From an uncultured Flavobacteriaceae bacterium (GTDB lineage Bacteria > Bacteroidota > Bacteroidia > Flavobacteriales > Flavobacteriaceae), in the NCBI GenBank assembly GCA_963712085.1, contig CAVQGP010000001.1, positions 683,121-747,120 on the forward strand: a stretch of DNA of 64,000 nt, in the 5' to 3' direction. Below the pieces are notes generated by a model. The model was not told the origin of the DNA, did no database searches, and saw only the letters and a program-made list of their open reading frames with translations. The translations under genes and the position numbers were made by a program. How positions within the stretch are numbered: the stretch's first letter is position 1; each line of letters starts with the position of its first letter. Positions 10,303 through 20,166 of the stretch are shown here, piece by piece.

Positions 10303-10995
10303 ATGAAGGGATTTTTTCAAAAAATTAAAAGATTTATTTTAAAAGCAATACTGGCTTTTTTTATAGTTTCAATTTTTTTAGTAATACTCTTTAAATGGGT
10401 TCCTGTGCCCTTTACCCCCCTAATGCTTATTAGAAATATTGAACAATGGAGTAAAGGTGAAAGTGCTGCATTTCAACACAATTGGGTTTCGATGGATAAA
10501 ATTTCTACAAATTTAGCAAAGGCGGTAATTGTAAGTGAGGACCAAATGTTTATGGATCATTTTGGGTTTGATTTGAAAGCAATGGAAAAGGCCTATGAAG
10601 GGAATAAAAAAGGAAAAAGGATTAAAGGAGGTAGCACAATAACGCAACAAACAGCTAAAAATGTTTTTTTATGGCCAAAACGCAGTTATATTAGAAAGGG
10701 TTTTGAAGTTTATTTTACTCTTTTAATTGAAGTTTTTTGGAGTAAAGAACGCATCATAGAAGTTTATCTAAATAGCATTGAAATGGGTAATGGTATTTAT
10801 GGTGCCGAAGCCGCATCACAATATTGGTTTAGAAAACCTGCCGAAAAATTAAATGCATATCAGGCGGCTTCAATTGCGGCAATTTTACCAAATCCCAGAA
10901 GATATAAAGCGATAAATTCTTCAAACTATATTGAAAAAAGAAAAAATTGGATTGTTCGCCAAATGGGGTATTACGGACCACTAAAATTTGAATAA
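10303..10995 (+). CDS. mtgA: Monofunctional peptidoglycan transglycosylase
   Basis: SEDQMF..HFGFD, GGSTITQQTAKN, RKGFE, YLNSIEMG. Start set at ATG 10303. Confidence 0.93.
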   Translation: MKGFFQKIKRFILKAILAFFIVSIFLVILFKWVPVPFTPLMLIRNIEQWSKGESAAFQHNWVSMDKISTNLAKAVIVSEDQMFMDHFGFDLKAMEKAYEGNKKGKRIKGGSTITQQTAKNVFLWPKRSYIRKGFEVYFTLLIEVFWSKERIIEVYLNSIEMGNGIYGAEAASQYWFRKPAEKLNAYQAASIAAILPNPRRYKAINSSNYIEKRKNWIVRQMGYYGPLKFE

Positions 10996-11029
10996 AAAAA
11001 AGCCCGCAAAAAAATTTGAGAGCTTTTTA
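10996..11029. terminator. Imperfect bidirectional terminator between mtgA and sod
   Basis: AAAAAGC..GCTTTTT flanks with an inner CAAA/TTTG pair between convergent genes. Confidence 0.5.
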
Positions 11030-11048
11030 TTAGTAAGTAGTACGCTTA

Positions 11049-11657
11049 TTATTTATTCTCAGCGTATAATTTTTCAACGTGATTCCAGTTAATAACATTA
11101 AAAAAAGCATTGATATAATCTGGTCTACGGTTTTGATAATGTAAGTAATAAGCGTGCTCCCAAACATCTAAAGCTAAAATTGGAAAACCGCCACAACTTA
11201 CACCTGGCATTAATGGATTGTCTTGATTTGGAGTTGAACAGATTTCAACTTTTCCGCCTTTATGTACACATAACCAAGCCCATCCCGATCCAAAACGTGT
11301 TGCTGCAGCTTTTGCGAAAGCATCTTTAAAAGCATCAACAGAACCAAATTCTGCCTCAATAGCATCTCTTAATTCTCCAGTTAAATATCCTTTTCCTTCA
11401 GGATTCATTACATCCCAAAATAAACAATGATTGTAAAAACCACCACCATTATTTCTAACTGCAGCGTTGTTCATATCCAATCCTCCTAAGATTGCTTCAA
11501 TAGATTCTCCTTCTAAAGCTGTGCCAGCAATTGCATTGTTTAAATTGTTGGTATATGCTGCGTGGTGCTTTGTATGGTGTATTTCCATTGTTCTAGCATC
11601 AATATGTGGTTCTAACGCATCGTATGCGTACGGTAATTTTGGTAATTCGAAAGCCAT
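11049..11657 (-). CDS. Fe/Mn superoxide dismutase
   Basis: [22 protein letters not shown]. Metal specificity not assignable with confidence. Confidence 0.95.
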   Translation of the reverse strand: MAFELPKLPYAYDALEPHIDARTMEIHHTKHHAAYTNNLNNAIAGTALEGESIEAILGGLDMNNAAVRNNGGGFYNHCLFWDVMNPEGKGYLTGELRDAIEAEFGSVDAFKDAFAKAAATRFGSGWAWLCVHKGGKVEICSTPNQDNPLMPGVSCGGFPILALDVWEHAYYLHYQNRRPDYINAFFNVINWNHVEKLYAENK

Positions 11658-11875
11658 AGTTGTAATTTTTAAATTTAACTTATATACTTCAAAGGTAACG
11701 AACGATTTTCATTTTAAAAAATCTAAAAAATCGAATCTATTTATAGTGTTATTGTTAAATGTTATTGGTAATTGATGAAATTGGAATTTTTCAGATTTAA
11801 TTACGTGAATAAAATATAAAAATATTTAATTTTTCCCAATTGATCTTTTATGAATTGTTACTTCAATTTCTGCAA

Positions 11876-12898
11876 TTAATAATCTCCATCTTCTGGATAT
11901 TTTGCCATAAATTCTTCAGCTTTTTCAACCATTTTTGTACTTCCGCAGAAAAAAGGAACACGTTGATGTAATTCAGTTGGCTTAATGTCTAAGATTCTTC
12001 TATACCCATCTGAAGCTTTTCCATTTGCCTGTTCAGCCAAAAAAGCCATTGGATTACATTCATATAATAAACGTAATTTACCTTTTGGTCCAATTGAACT
12101 TGTTGGGTAAATATAAATTCCGCCTTTAATCATATTTCTATGAAAATCTGAAACTAATGAGCCAATATAGCGCGAAGTGTAAGGCCTATCATCCTTTTCT
12201 TCCTGGCAATATTTTAAATAATCTTTTACTCCTTGTGGAAAATGCACATAATTCCCTTCGTTTATTGAGTAGATTTTACCAATATCTGGAAATCTCATAT
12301 CTGGATGTGATAAATAAAAAGAACCAATGGCAGGGTTTAATGTAAAACCATTAACCCCACTTCCAGAGGTAAACACCAACATTGTTGAGGTTCCGTAAAC
12401 TACATAACCTGCTGCCACCTGCTGATTTCCTCGTTGTAAAAAATCTATTTTTTCAACAGGGGTTCCAATTGGAGTTACTCTTCGATAAATAGAAAAAATA
12501 GTACCAACCGAAACGTTTACATCAATATTTGATGAACCATCTAAAGGATCCATTAATACAATATATTTATTTTCATTGGTTTCATGTTTGCCTTTTATTG
12601 TAACAAAATCGTCCTCTTCTTCACTTGCAATACCGCAAACTATTTCACGGTTTATCAATGTTTGCATAAACACATTATTGGCATAAACGTCCAATTTTTG
12701 TTGATCTTCTCCTTGAATATTTTTTTCTCCTGCATTACCTGTAATGTCAACCAAGCCGGCTTTATTTACTTTGTAATTTACAATTTTAGCAGCTAATTTA
12801 ATTGAACTAATAAGGCTATTAAACTCACCAGTTGTAGATTTATAATGTTTTTGATTCTCAATTATAAATTCACCCAGTGTTAAATTATTGTTTTCCAT
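11876..12898 (-). CDS. fbp: Class 1 fructose-1,6-bisphosphatase
   Basis: [31 protein letters not shown]. Start set at ATG 12898 ([11 protein letters not shown]). Confidence 0.95.
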   Translation of the reverse strand: MENNNLTLGEFIIENQKHYKSTTGEFNSLISSIKLAAKIVNYKVNKAGLVDITGNAGEKNIQGEDQQKLDVYANNVFMQTLINREIVCGIASEEEDDFVTIKGKHETNENKYIVLMDPLDGSSNIDVNVSVGTIFSIYRRVTPIGTPVEKIDFLQRGNQQVAAGYVVYGTSTMLVFTSGSGVNGFTLNPAIGSFYLSHPDMRFPDIGKIYSINEGNYVHFPQGVKDYLKYCQEEKDDRPYTSRYIGSLVSDFHRNMIKGGIYIYPTSSIGPKGKLRLLYECNPMAFLAEQANGKASDGYRRILDIKPTELHQRVPFFCGSTKMVEKAEEFMAKYPEDGDY

Positions 12899-13012
12899 AG
12901 AATTGATTGATTGTATTTTTACAAATATCGAGAAAATTATTTTTAAAAAACGAAAGTTTGTAAGATAGTTTGAACAAAGATTTTTTACTTTAGCAATAAT
13001 AAAAATGTTAAA

Positions 13013-13489
13013 ATGAGTTTTACAATTAGAGAAGGAAGAAAGCAAGATATGCCTTCTGTTTTAGAATTAATTAAAGAACTAGCCTATTTTGAAAAAGAAT
13101 CAAACGAAGTGATTGTTACCTTGTCCGATTTAGAAAATGATGGTTTCGGAAGTACTCCACTATTCAAAAGTTTTGTTGCAGAAATAGATAATGAAATTGT
13201 TGGAATGGCATTGTTTTATCCACGATATTCAACATGGAAAGGTCCCACAATACATTTAGAAGATTTAATTGTAACCGAACAAAAAAGAGGATTAAAAATA
13301 GGGAGTGCCTTGTATAAAAAAGTAATTGAATACGGTTATAATAAAGGTGTAAAACGAATTGAATGGGCAGTATTAGACTGGAATGAGCCTGCAATTGCAT
13401 TTTATGAAAGTACTGGGGCTAAGGTTTTGCGTGATTGGGATACAGCCCAAATTCATTGGGATGAAATGAAAAGCTATTTAAATAAATAA
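13013..13489 (+). CDS. GNAT acetyltransferase (SSAT-like)
   Basis: [28 protein letters not shown]. Confidence 0.88.
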   Translation: MSFTIREGRKQDMPSVLELIKELAYFEKESNEVIVTLSDLENDGFGSTPLFKSFVAEIDNEIVGMALFYPRYSTWKGPTIHLEDLIVTEQKRGLKIGSALYKKVIEYGYNKGVKRIEWAVLDWNEPAIAFYESTGAKVLRDWDTAQIHWDEMKSYLNK

Positions 13490-13490
13490 A

Positions 13491-14738
13491 ATGAAAGTTT
13501 TTAAATTTGGTGGGGCATCAGTAAAAGATGCTGAAAGTATTAAAAATGTTATCAATGTTTTAAAACATGAGGGCTTTGAAAACACCTTAATTGTTATTTC
13601 AGCAATGGGAAAAATGACCAATGCTTTTGAGGAAATAACAAATGCTTATTACCAAAACTCGAACGAATTACCTCAAAAAATTGAGTTTGTAAGAAATTAC
13701 CATTTGAATATTATCAATGATTTATTTTCTGATGAAAAACAAAACATTTTATTTGAAGTTGAGCAGCTTTTTGGCAGATTAAGTGGATTTTTTATTACAA
13801 ATAAATCTAAAGATTACAATTATATTTACGACCAGATTGTAGGTTTTGGTGAATTGATTTCAACAAAAATTGTAAGTATTTATTTAAATCAGATTGGAGT
13901 TAATAACAAGTGGATTGATGTAAGAGATTTTATAAAAACAGACACTAATTATAGAGATGCTCACGTAAATTGGAATGAAACCATAAAACAAATAGCGGAA
14001 TTGGATGTCAATCAACTTTATATTGTGCAGGGCTTTTTAGGTGCAACATCGAACAATAAAACAACAACTTTAGGCCGTGAAGGCTCAGATTATACAGCTG
14101 CAATTTTTGCATACTGTTTAAATGCTGAAAGTTTAACAATTTGGAAGGATGTTGATGGTGTTTTAAATGCTGATCCGCGTTATTTTAAAACCACAACCTT
14201 GTTGCAACAAATTTCATATAGTGAAGCTATTGAAATGGCATTTTACGGCGCTTCTGTTATCCATCCAAAAACTTTGAAACCACTAGAAAATAAAAATATT
14301 CCTTTGTTTGTTCGTTCATTTTTTAATTTAGAAAAAGAAGGAACGCGAGTAAGTAAAGGCCTTGATTTGGTGCCTGAAATTTCGTGTTTTATTGTAAAGC
14401 AAGCCCAAATTCTGGTGTCAATTTCGGCACTGGATTTTTCATTTATGGTTGAACATAATTTGAGTGACATTTTTATATTATTGCATAATTATAAGTTGAA
14501 AGTAAATTTAATTCAAAATTCAGCCTTAAGTTTTTCGGTTTGTATTGAAGATAAGTTCAATAATTTTGAAGCATTTATTTCGGAAATTAAATTGAAATAT
14601 AAAGTGAGTTATGTTGAAAATGTTTCGTTATATACCATTAGACATGCCAATCAAAAGGCAATTGATGAAATTGAACAAAAAGGAGAAGTATTACTAAAGC
14701 AAGCAACAAAGGGAACTGTGCAGGTTGTTATGCAATAA
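13491..14738 (+). CDS. lysC: Aspartate kinase
   Basis: KFGGASV, SAMG, TLGREGSDYTA, DVDGV..ADPR. Confidence 0.92.
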   Translation: MKVFKFGGASVKDAESIKNVINVLKHEGFENTLIVISAMGKMTNAFEEITNAYYQNSNELPQKIEFVRNYHLNIINDLFSDEKQNILFEVEQLFGRLSGFFITNKSKDYNYIYDQIVGFGELISTKIVSIYLNQIGVNNKWIDVRDFIKTDTNYRDAHVNWNETIKQIAELDVNQLYIVQGFLGATSNNKTTTLGREGSDYTAAIFAYCLNAESLTIWKDVDGVLNADPRYFKTTTLLQQISYSEAIEMAFYGASVIHPKTLKPLENKNIPLFVRSFFNLEKEGTRVSKGLDLVPEISCFIVKQAQILVSISALDFSFMVEHNLSDIFILLHNYKLKVNLIQNSALSFSVCIEDKFNNFEAFISEIKLKYKVSYVENVSLYTIRHANQKAIDEIEQKGEVLLKQATKGTVQVVMQ

Positions 14739-14776
14739 TTTTATGTATTTTTGCGAAGATTTTAACTCTTTTTTAA

Positions 14777-16609
14777 ATGAGCTTAGTTACCCCTAAAGAA
14801 GTTGCAAAAGTAATAAACCTTGATAAGTATGGGTTTATTGGTACTTTTTTTGGTTGGATGGTAATGAAAATACTTCGACTTTCAAAAATCAACAGAAAGT
14901 ATAATAAGCATAAACATTTAAAAGGCTTAGAATTTTTAACTGTTCTTCTGGACGATCTTCAAATTAAATTTGAACTACCCCCAGAGGATTTGGCTAGAAT
15001 ACCAAAAGACGGTGCATTTATTACAGTTTCTAATCATCCTCTTGGAGGAATTGACGGCATTTTATTATTAAAACTATTGATTGAGAAACGTCCCGATTAT
15101 AAAACTATTTCTACGTTTTTAATAAATAGAATAGAGCCACTGAAGCCTTATATGTTACAGGTAAATCCTTTTGAAGATAAAAAAGAAATTTTTTCAAGTT
15201 GGGCTGGAATAAAAAGCTCCATTTTACACTTAAAGGAAGGTCATCCTCTTGGAATTTTTCCTGCAGGAGAAGTTTCAACATATAAAGACGGAAAATTAAT
15301 TGTAGACAAACCTTGGGATGAAGGCGTTATAAAATTAATTAAAAATGCAAAAGTTCCTGTAATACCTATTTATTTTCACGCACGAAACAGTAAATTATTT
15401 TACTTTTTGGCAAAATTAAATCCAATGTTGCGAACTGCAAAATTACCATCTGAATTGTTTACTCAAAAAGGACGTGTAATAAAGGTAAGAATAGGAAAAC
15501 CAATTTCAGTAAAAGATCAGGAGGAATATAGTGATACGCAAGATTTTTGTGATTTTATTCGAAAAAAAACCTATATGTTGGCAAATCCTTTTGAAAAGGA
15601 ATTTAAACCATTGAGCAAGCCATCGTTAAAAAAGCCGAAACAACCACGGGAAATAGTTCGACAAAAAAACAATCATAAAATTATTGAAGAGGTTGAAAAA
15701 CTAAGAGGTAATAATTGCCGTTTGTTAACAAGTAAAAACTATGAAGTGTTTTTTACACCTAGTAAAGCCATTCCAAATTTACTATTTGAAATTGGACGTT
15801 TGCGAGAAATTACTTTTAGAGAAGTAGGAGAAGGAACCAATGAATCGATTGATTTAGACGCATTTGATGGCTATTATCACCATTTGTTCTTATGGGACAA
15901 TGAAGCCCAAAAATTAGTTGGCGCTTACAGAATGGGTTTGGGAAAAAATATTTATAAGCGATATGGTATTGAAGGCTTTTATGTGCATACACTTTTTAAA
16001 TTTGAGCCAGAATTATATTCAATGATGGAAAATTCTATTGAAATGGGACGGGCTTTTATAATTAGTGAATATCAGCAAAAACCAATGCCTTTATTTTTAC
16101 TTTGGAAAGGAATTGTCCATATTACATTGCGTTATCCAGAGTATAAGTATTTAATTGGAGGTGTAAGTATTAGTAATAAGTTTTCAAATTTCTCAAAATC
16201 GTTGATGATTGAGTTTATGAAATCTCATTATTACGATCCTTATATTGCACAATACGTTCATCCCAAAAAGGAATACAAAGTTAAATTAAAAGATGCCGAT
16301 AAAGATTTTGTTTTTGATGCTACCAAAGCCGATTTAAACAAATTTGATAAGATAATTGATGAGTTAGAGCCGGGTGCTCTCAGAATTCCAGTTTTAATTA
16401 AAAAATACGTTAAACAAAATGCCCGTTTGGTTGCTTTTAATGTTGATCCTAAATTTAACAATGCCATTGACGGTTTAATGTATATCAGAATCGCTGATAT
16501 TCCAGAAAGTTCAGTAAAACCGGTAATGGAAGAATTACAGGCTGAATTGGAAAAAAGTTTGGAAAACGGAAATAATGAAATAGAAAAGGAAAAAGAAGCT
16601 GACCTTTAA
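14777..16609 (+). CDS. PlsC-type acyltransferase fused to a GNAT (OlsB-like) domain
   Basis: NHPLGGID and FPAGEVS, then RLREITFR..GEG, DLDAFD, VGAYR, FNVDPKF. Confidence 0.85.
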   Translation: MSLVTPKEVAKVINLDKYGFIGTFFGWMVMKILRLSKINRKYNKHKHLKGLEFLTVLLDDLQIKFELPPEDLARIPKDGAFITVSNHPLGGIDGILLLKLLIEKRPDYKTISTFLINRIEPLKPYMLQVNPFEDKKEIFSSWAGIKSSILHLKEGHPLGIFPAGEVSTYKDGKLIVDKPWDEGVIKLIKNAKVPVIPIYFHARNSKLFYFLAKLNPMLRTAKLPSELFTQKGRVIKVRIGKPISVKDQEEYSDTQDFCDFIRKKTYMLANPFEKEFKPLSKPSLKKPKQPREIVRQKNNHKIIEEVEKLRGNNCRLLTSKNYEVFFTPSKAIPNLLFEIGRLREITFREVGEGTNESIDLDAFDGYYHHLFLWDNEAQKLVGAYRMGLGKNIYKRYGIEGFYVHTLFKFEPELYSMMENSIEMGRAFIISEYQQKPMPLFLLWKGIVHITLRYPEYKYLIGGVSISNKFSNFSKSLMIEFMKSHYYDPYIAQYVHPKKEYKVKLKDADKDFVFDATKADLNKFDKIIDELEPGALRIPVLIKKYVKQNARLVAFNVDPKFNNAIDGLMYIRIADIPESSVKPVMEELQAELEKSLENGNNEIEKEKEADL

Positions 16610-16615
16610 TACTTT

Positions 16616-16894
16616 TTAAAACCACTCTTTTTTATTGATTTGGTACATATAAACAAACTCTTCATCGGTTTTGGTTAAGTAAATAATTCCTTCAATTAAA
16701 CCAAGAACGCTGGTAACTGTACCACAAGTAAAAACTGATAAAATTAAGTAGATTATACCTTGGGTTGTATAACCTAAAATAAATTTATGCACACCAAAAG
16801 GAGCTAAAACTATAGCCAAAACACCAGCTAAAACGCGTTTACTTTCCATACTACTTTTTGGAACAATATGTCCGTTTTCATCAATTACTTCCAT
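16616..16894 (-). CDS. TM2 domain membrane protein
   Basis: AGVLAI..FGVHKFILG..GIIYL; C-terminal WF. Confidence 0.88.
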   Translation of the reverse strand: MEVIDENGHIVPKSSMESKRVLAGVLAIVLAPFGVHKFILGYTTQGIIYLILSVFTCGTVTSVLGLIEGIIYLTKTDEEFVYMYQINKKEWF

Positions 16895-16926
16895 TGTGAA
16901 TTTTTTTTAAATAAAAGTATAAAATT

Positions 16927-18276
16927 TTACTTAAAAGAAGCATCAATTGGTTCCCAAAGTTCAATTTTATTTTCTTCTAGGTCTAATATCCAGCCAAATT
17001 TTCCGTACTCATATTCCTCAATTTCACCAACCACGGTTACTCCTTCGGATCTTAGTTTTTGTAATAGAACTTCTAAATTATCAACCCTGTAGTTAAACAT
17101 AAAGTCCTTTTTAGAAGGAGAAAAATAATCGGTATCATTTTTAAACGGACTCCATTGCGTACTAGCATCGTTGTTGTTTTTATCTTTCCACCAAAATGTA
17201 CAGCCCCAATTATCAACATTAAACCCTAAATGATTTTTATACCATTCTTTTAATTTAACAGGATCTTCAGTTTTAAAAAACAAACCACCAATACCAGTTA
17301 CTCTTTTTAATGTTTCTTGTTGAATTTCATTGTTTACTGAAAAGAAAATTGTTTTAACTTTATCTACAATTGTTTGTGCTAATTTCACTTTCGATTCTAC
17401 CGTCCAACCTGCAACATGAGGTGAAAGTAATACGTTTTCAGCCTTAATTAAATATTCAAAGGCTTCAGGTAAACTATCATTTTCAAATAAATTTTCGAAC
17501 GATAATTTCTCATATTCTAAAACATCTAAACAGGCGCCTAAAACTTTTTTGCTAATAAGTGCTTCAACCAAATGATCTGTTACAACTGCAGATCCTCTTG
17601 CTGTATTAATTAAATAAAAAGGCTTCTTAAAATTTTGGATAAACTTTGCGTTCACCATATTCTGAGAAAGTTCATTAAAAGGTGTATGCAAACTTAAAAC
17701 ATCGGTTTTTTTCTGTAATTCTTCTAATGAAACCTGTTTGCAGTTTTCATCGCCAACACCATTTTTAATATCGTAACAGAGTACAGTAACATCAAAACCC
17801 TTCAGCTTTTTAGCAAAGGCCTTACCCATATTTCCATAACCAATAATTCCAACTGTTTTACCCTCTAATTCAATACCTCTGTTAGCTTCGCGCAGCCATT
17901 TTCCTTGTCTGATTTCTAAATCAGCTTTTTTAATATTATTGAACAAAGCCAATAGCATTCCTAGCGCATGTTCTCCAACGGCATTTCTATTGCCCTCGGG
18001 TGCTGCGATTAAATGAATTCCTTTTTTTTCTGCATAATCGACATCAATACTTTCCAATCCGGCACCAACACGAGCAATAAATTTTAAGTTGTTGGCTTTA
18101 TCTATAAATTGAGGATCAATTTTAAATCTACTTCTAATAACAATACCTTCGTAATTTGCAATTTTTTCTTCAATCTGTTGTTTTGAAGAAGTATAATCTT
18201 CATCGCAAATACAGCCTAGTTTTTCAAGACCATTTTGGAGAATTTCATGGTTGGTATCTATTAACAGAACCTTCAT
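16927..18276 (-). CDS. D-2-hydroxyacid (SerA-like) dehydrogenase fused to a C-terminal VOC/glyoxalase domain
   Basis: RVGAG, GIIGYGNMG, INTARG, LDVLEYE, SPHVAG; then KRVTGIGGLFFK..MFNYRVDNL..YGKFGWILDLEENKIELWEP. Confidence 0.85.
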   Translation of the reverse strand: MKVLLIDTNHEILQNGLEKLGCICDEDYTSSKQQIEEKIANYEGIVIRSRFKIDPQFIDKANNLKFIARVGAGLESIDVDYAEKKGIHLIAAPEGNRNAVGEHALGMLLALFNNIKKADLEIRQGKWLREANRGIELEGKTVGIIGYGNMGKAFAKKLKGFDVTVLCYDIKNGVGDENCKQVSLEELQKKTDVLSLHTPFNELSQNMVNAKFIQNFKKPFYLINTARGSAVVTDHLVEALISKKVLGACLDVLEYEKLSFENLFENDSLPEAFEYLIKAENVLLSPHVAGWTVESKVKLAQTIVDKVKTIFFSVNNEIQQETLKRVTGIGGLFFKTEDPVKLKEWYKNHLGFNVDNWGCTFWWKDKNNNDASTQWSPFKNDTDYFSPSKKDFMFNYRVDNLEVLLQKLRSEGVTVVGEIEEYEYGKFGWILDLEENKIELWEPIDASFK

Positions 18277-19102
18277 TAATATTGCTCATTTTCGTTTGGA
18301 AAATCTTTACTTTTTACATCAGAAATATAACTTTCAAAAGCATCATTCATATCTGTCATATAAATCTAAATATCTACTTAAAAACCGTGGATTAAACTCG
18401 TGCGTCATTCCAACCATATCATGCGTAACTAAAACTTGACCATCAACACCATTTCCCGCACCAATACCAATCACTGGAATTGATAAACTTTCAGCAACCT
18501 CTTTGGCTAATTTTGCAGGTATTTTTTCTAAAACAATAGCAAAACAACCTAGTTCTTCTAACAATTTAGCATCTTCTTTTAATTTTTCGGCTTCTTCTTC
18601 TTCTTTTGCTCTTACAGTATAAGTTCCAAATTTATAAATAGATTGAGGAGTTAAACCTAAATGTCCCATTACAGGAATACCAGCAGTTAAAATTCTTGAA
18701 ATGGATTCGTTTAATTTCGCTTCCACCTTCTAATTTTACTGCATGTCCACCAGATTCTTTCATAATTCTAATAGCACGAATCTAATGCTGCTTTTGAATT
18801 TCCTTGATAACTACCAAAAGGTAAATCTACTACTACTAAGTGATCTCTGTGAATTGCTCTAACAACTGAACTTGCATGATAAATCATTTGATCTAAAGTA
18901 ATTGGTAAGGTGGTTTCGTGACCAGCCATTACATTTGATGCTGAATCACCAACTAAAATAATATCAATCCCAGCATTATCAACAATTTTTGCCATGGTAT
19001 AATCATAAGCAGTTAACATGGCTATTTTTTCGCCATTGTTTTTCATTTCGGTTAATGACTTTTGGTAGTAATTCTTTTGTAATCTTTTTTTGCGGTTGAC
19101 AT
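18276..19102 (-). pseudogene. panB: Ketopantoate hydroxymethyltransferase with about 4 frameshifts (probably sequencing errors)
   Basis: [13 protein letters not shown] / MLTAYD..LVGDS / AVKLEGG / [14 protein letters not shown] / DFPNENEQY lie in different frames. Breaks near 19062, 18777, 18709 and 18355. Confidence 0.88.
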
Positions 19103-19294
19103 TTCAAGTTTGTTTTATAAGTAACAGCAAAAGTAATGAAAAAACACTTTTGTTGAAACTAGTTTCCAGAGGTGTTTTTAAAATACCAATTTTTTGAAAA
19201 AATTATCAAAAAGTTGATTCAAAATTAAAATTTGAACTAAAAGTTTGACAATACTACATATAACAATTATATTTACTTTTTATGTAAGACTATT

Positions 19295-20095
19295 TTGGAA
19301 AAGACCAACAAAAATTCGGCTAAATATATTCAAGAATTAGAGGACAAAATTGTTGATCTAAGTTTAAAATTGAAAGGCAAAACCAATCAACTAGAAAATG
19401 TTGAAAGGGATATTCATGAAAGAATTAGGAAGCTAGTTCATAATTTAAAAAACCCTATTGGTGTTGCCTATTCATTTGCAGAAATGATTGCAGAAAGTAC
19501 GGAAAACATTTCGAAAGAGAAACTTGAAAAATACAATGATATTATTCTAAAATCTACAGATTTTTCAATAGAAATATTGAATTCACTCGCAAATCTTAAT
19601 AGGCTTAAATCACCTTATTTTAAACTTAATTGCGAAAAAACAAACTATTTTCAATTGATTAACAATGTTATAGATAAATTTAAAGCAGAAGCAGGTAATA
19701 GAAATATTTCTATCATAAAGAATTTTCCAGAAAACACTATTTGTTTAAATCTTGATAAAAATGAAATAACGCTTGTTATTTATAATTTATTGAGCAATGC
19801 CATGCGCTTTTCTTCAAGTAATTCAAAAATTACCATAACTGTTTCTGAAAATGAAAATTCTGTTGACACAAAAATTACAGATGAAGGAATAGGAATTTCA
19901 GAACAGCATTTAAATACAATTTTTGATGAATTTTCGGTTGTAAATACGTATTGTAAAAATAACAATAAATGTGTTGGATTGGGATTGTCAATTGCAAAGA
20001 TAATTGTGAATTATCACAATGGAGAGATCAAAGCAATTAGTAACTTAGAAAAAGGAACTACAATTAACTTTACAATTTCTAAAGTTCTACAATAA
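19295..20095 (+). CDS. Sensor-less HisKA/HATPase protein with atypical motifs
   Basis: N-terminal coiled coil, H-box VHNLKNP, N-box NLLSNA, G1 DEGIG, G2 CVGLGL; TTG start. Confidence 0.85.
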   Translation: MEKTNKNSAKYIQELEDKIVDLSLKLKGKTNQLENVERDIHERIRKLVHNLKNPIGVAYSFAEMIAESTENISKEKLEKYNDIILKSTDFSIEILNSLANLNRLKSPYFKLNCEKTNYFQLINNVIDKFKAEAGNRNISIIKNFPENTICLNLDKNEITLVIYNLLSNAMRFSSSNSKITITVSENENSVDTKITDEGIGISEQHLNTIFDEFSVVNTYCKNNNKCVGLGLSIAKIIVNYHNGEIKAISNLEKGTTINFTISKVLQ

Positions 20096-20166
20096 AATTT
20101 TAAGTGCGATTTGAATTGCAATTATTATGTATATTTATACGCTAAATAACCCCAAGAAAGCTTGAA

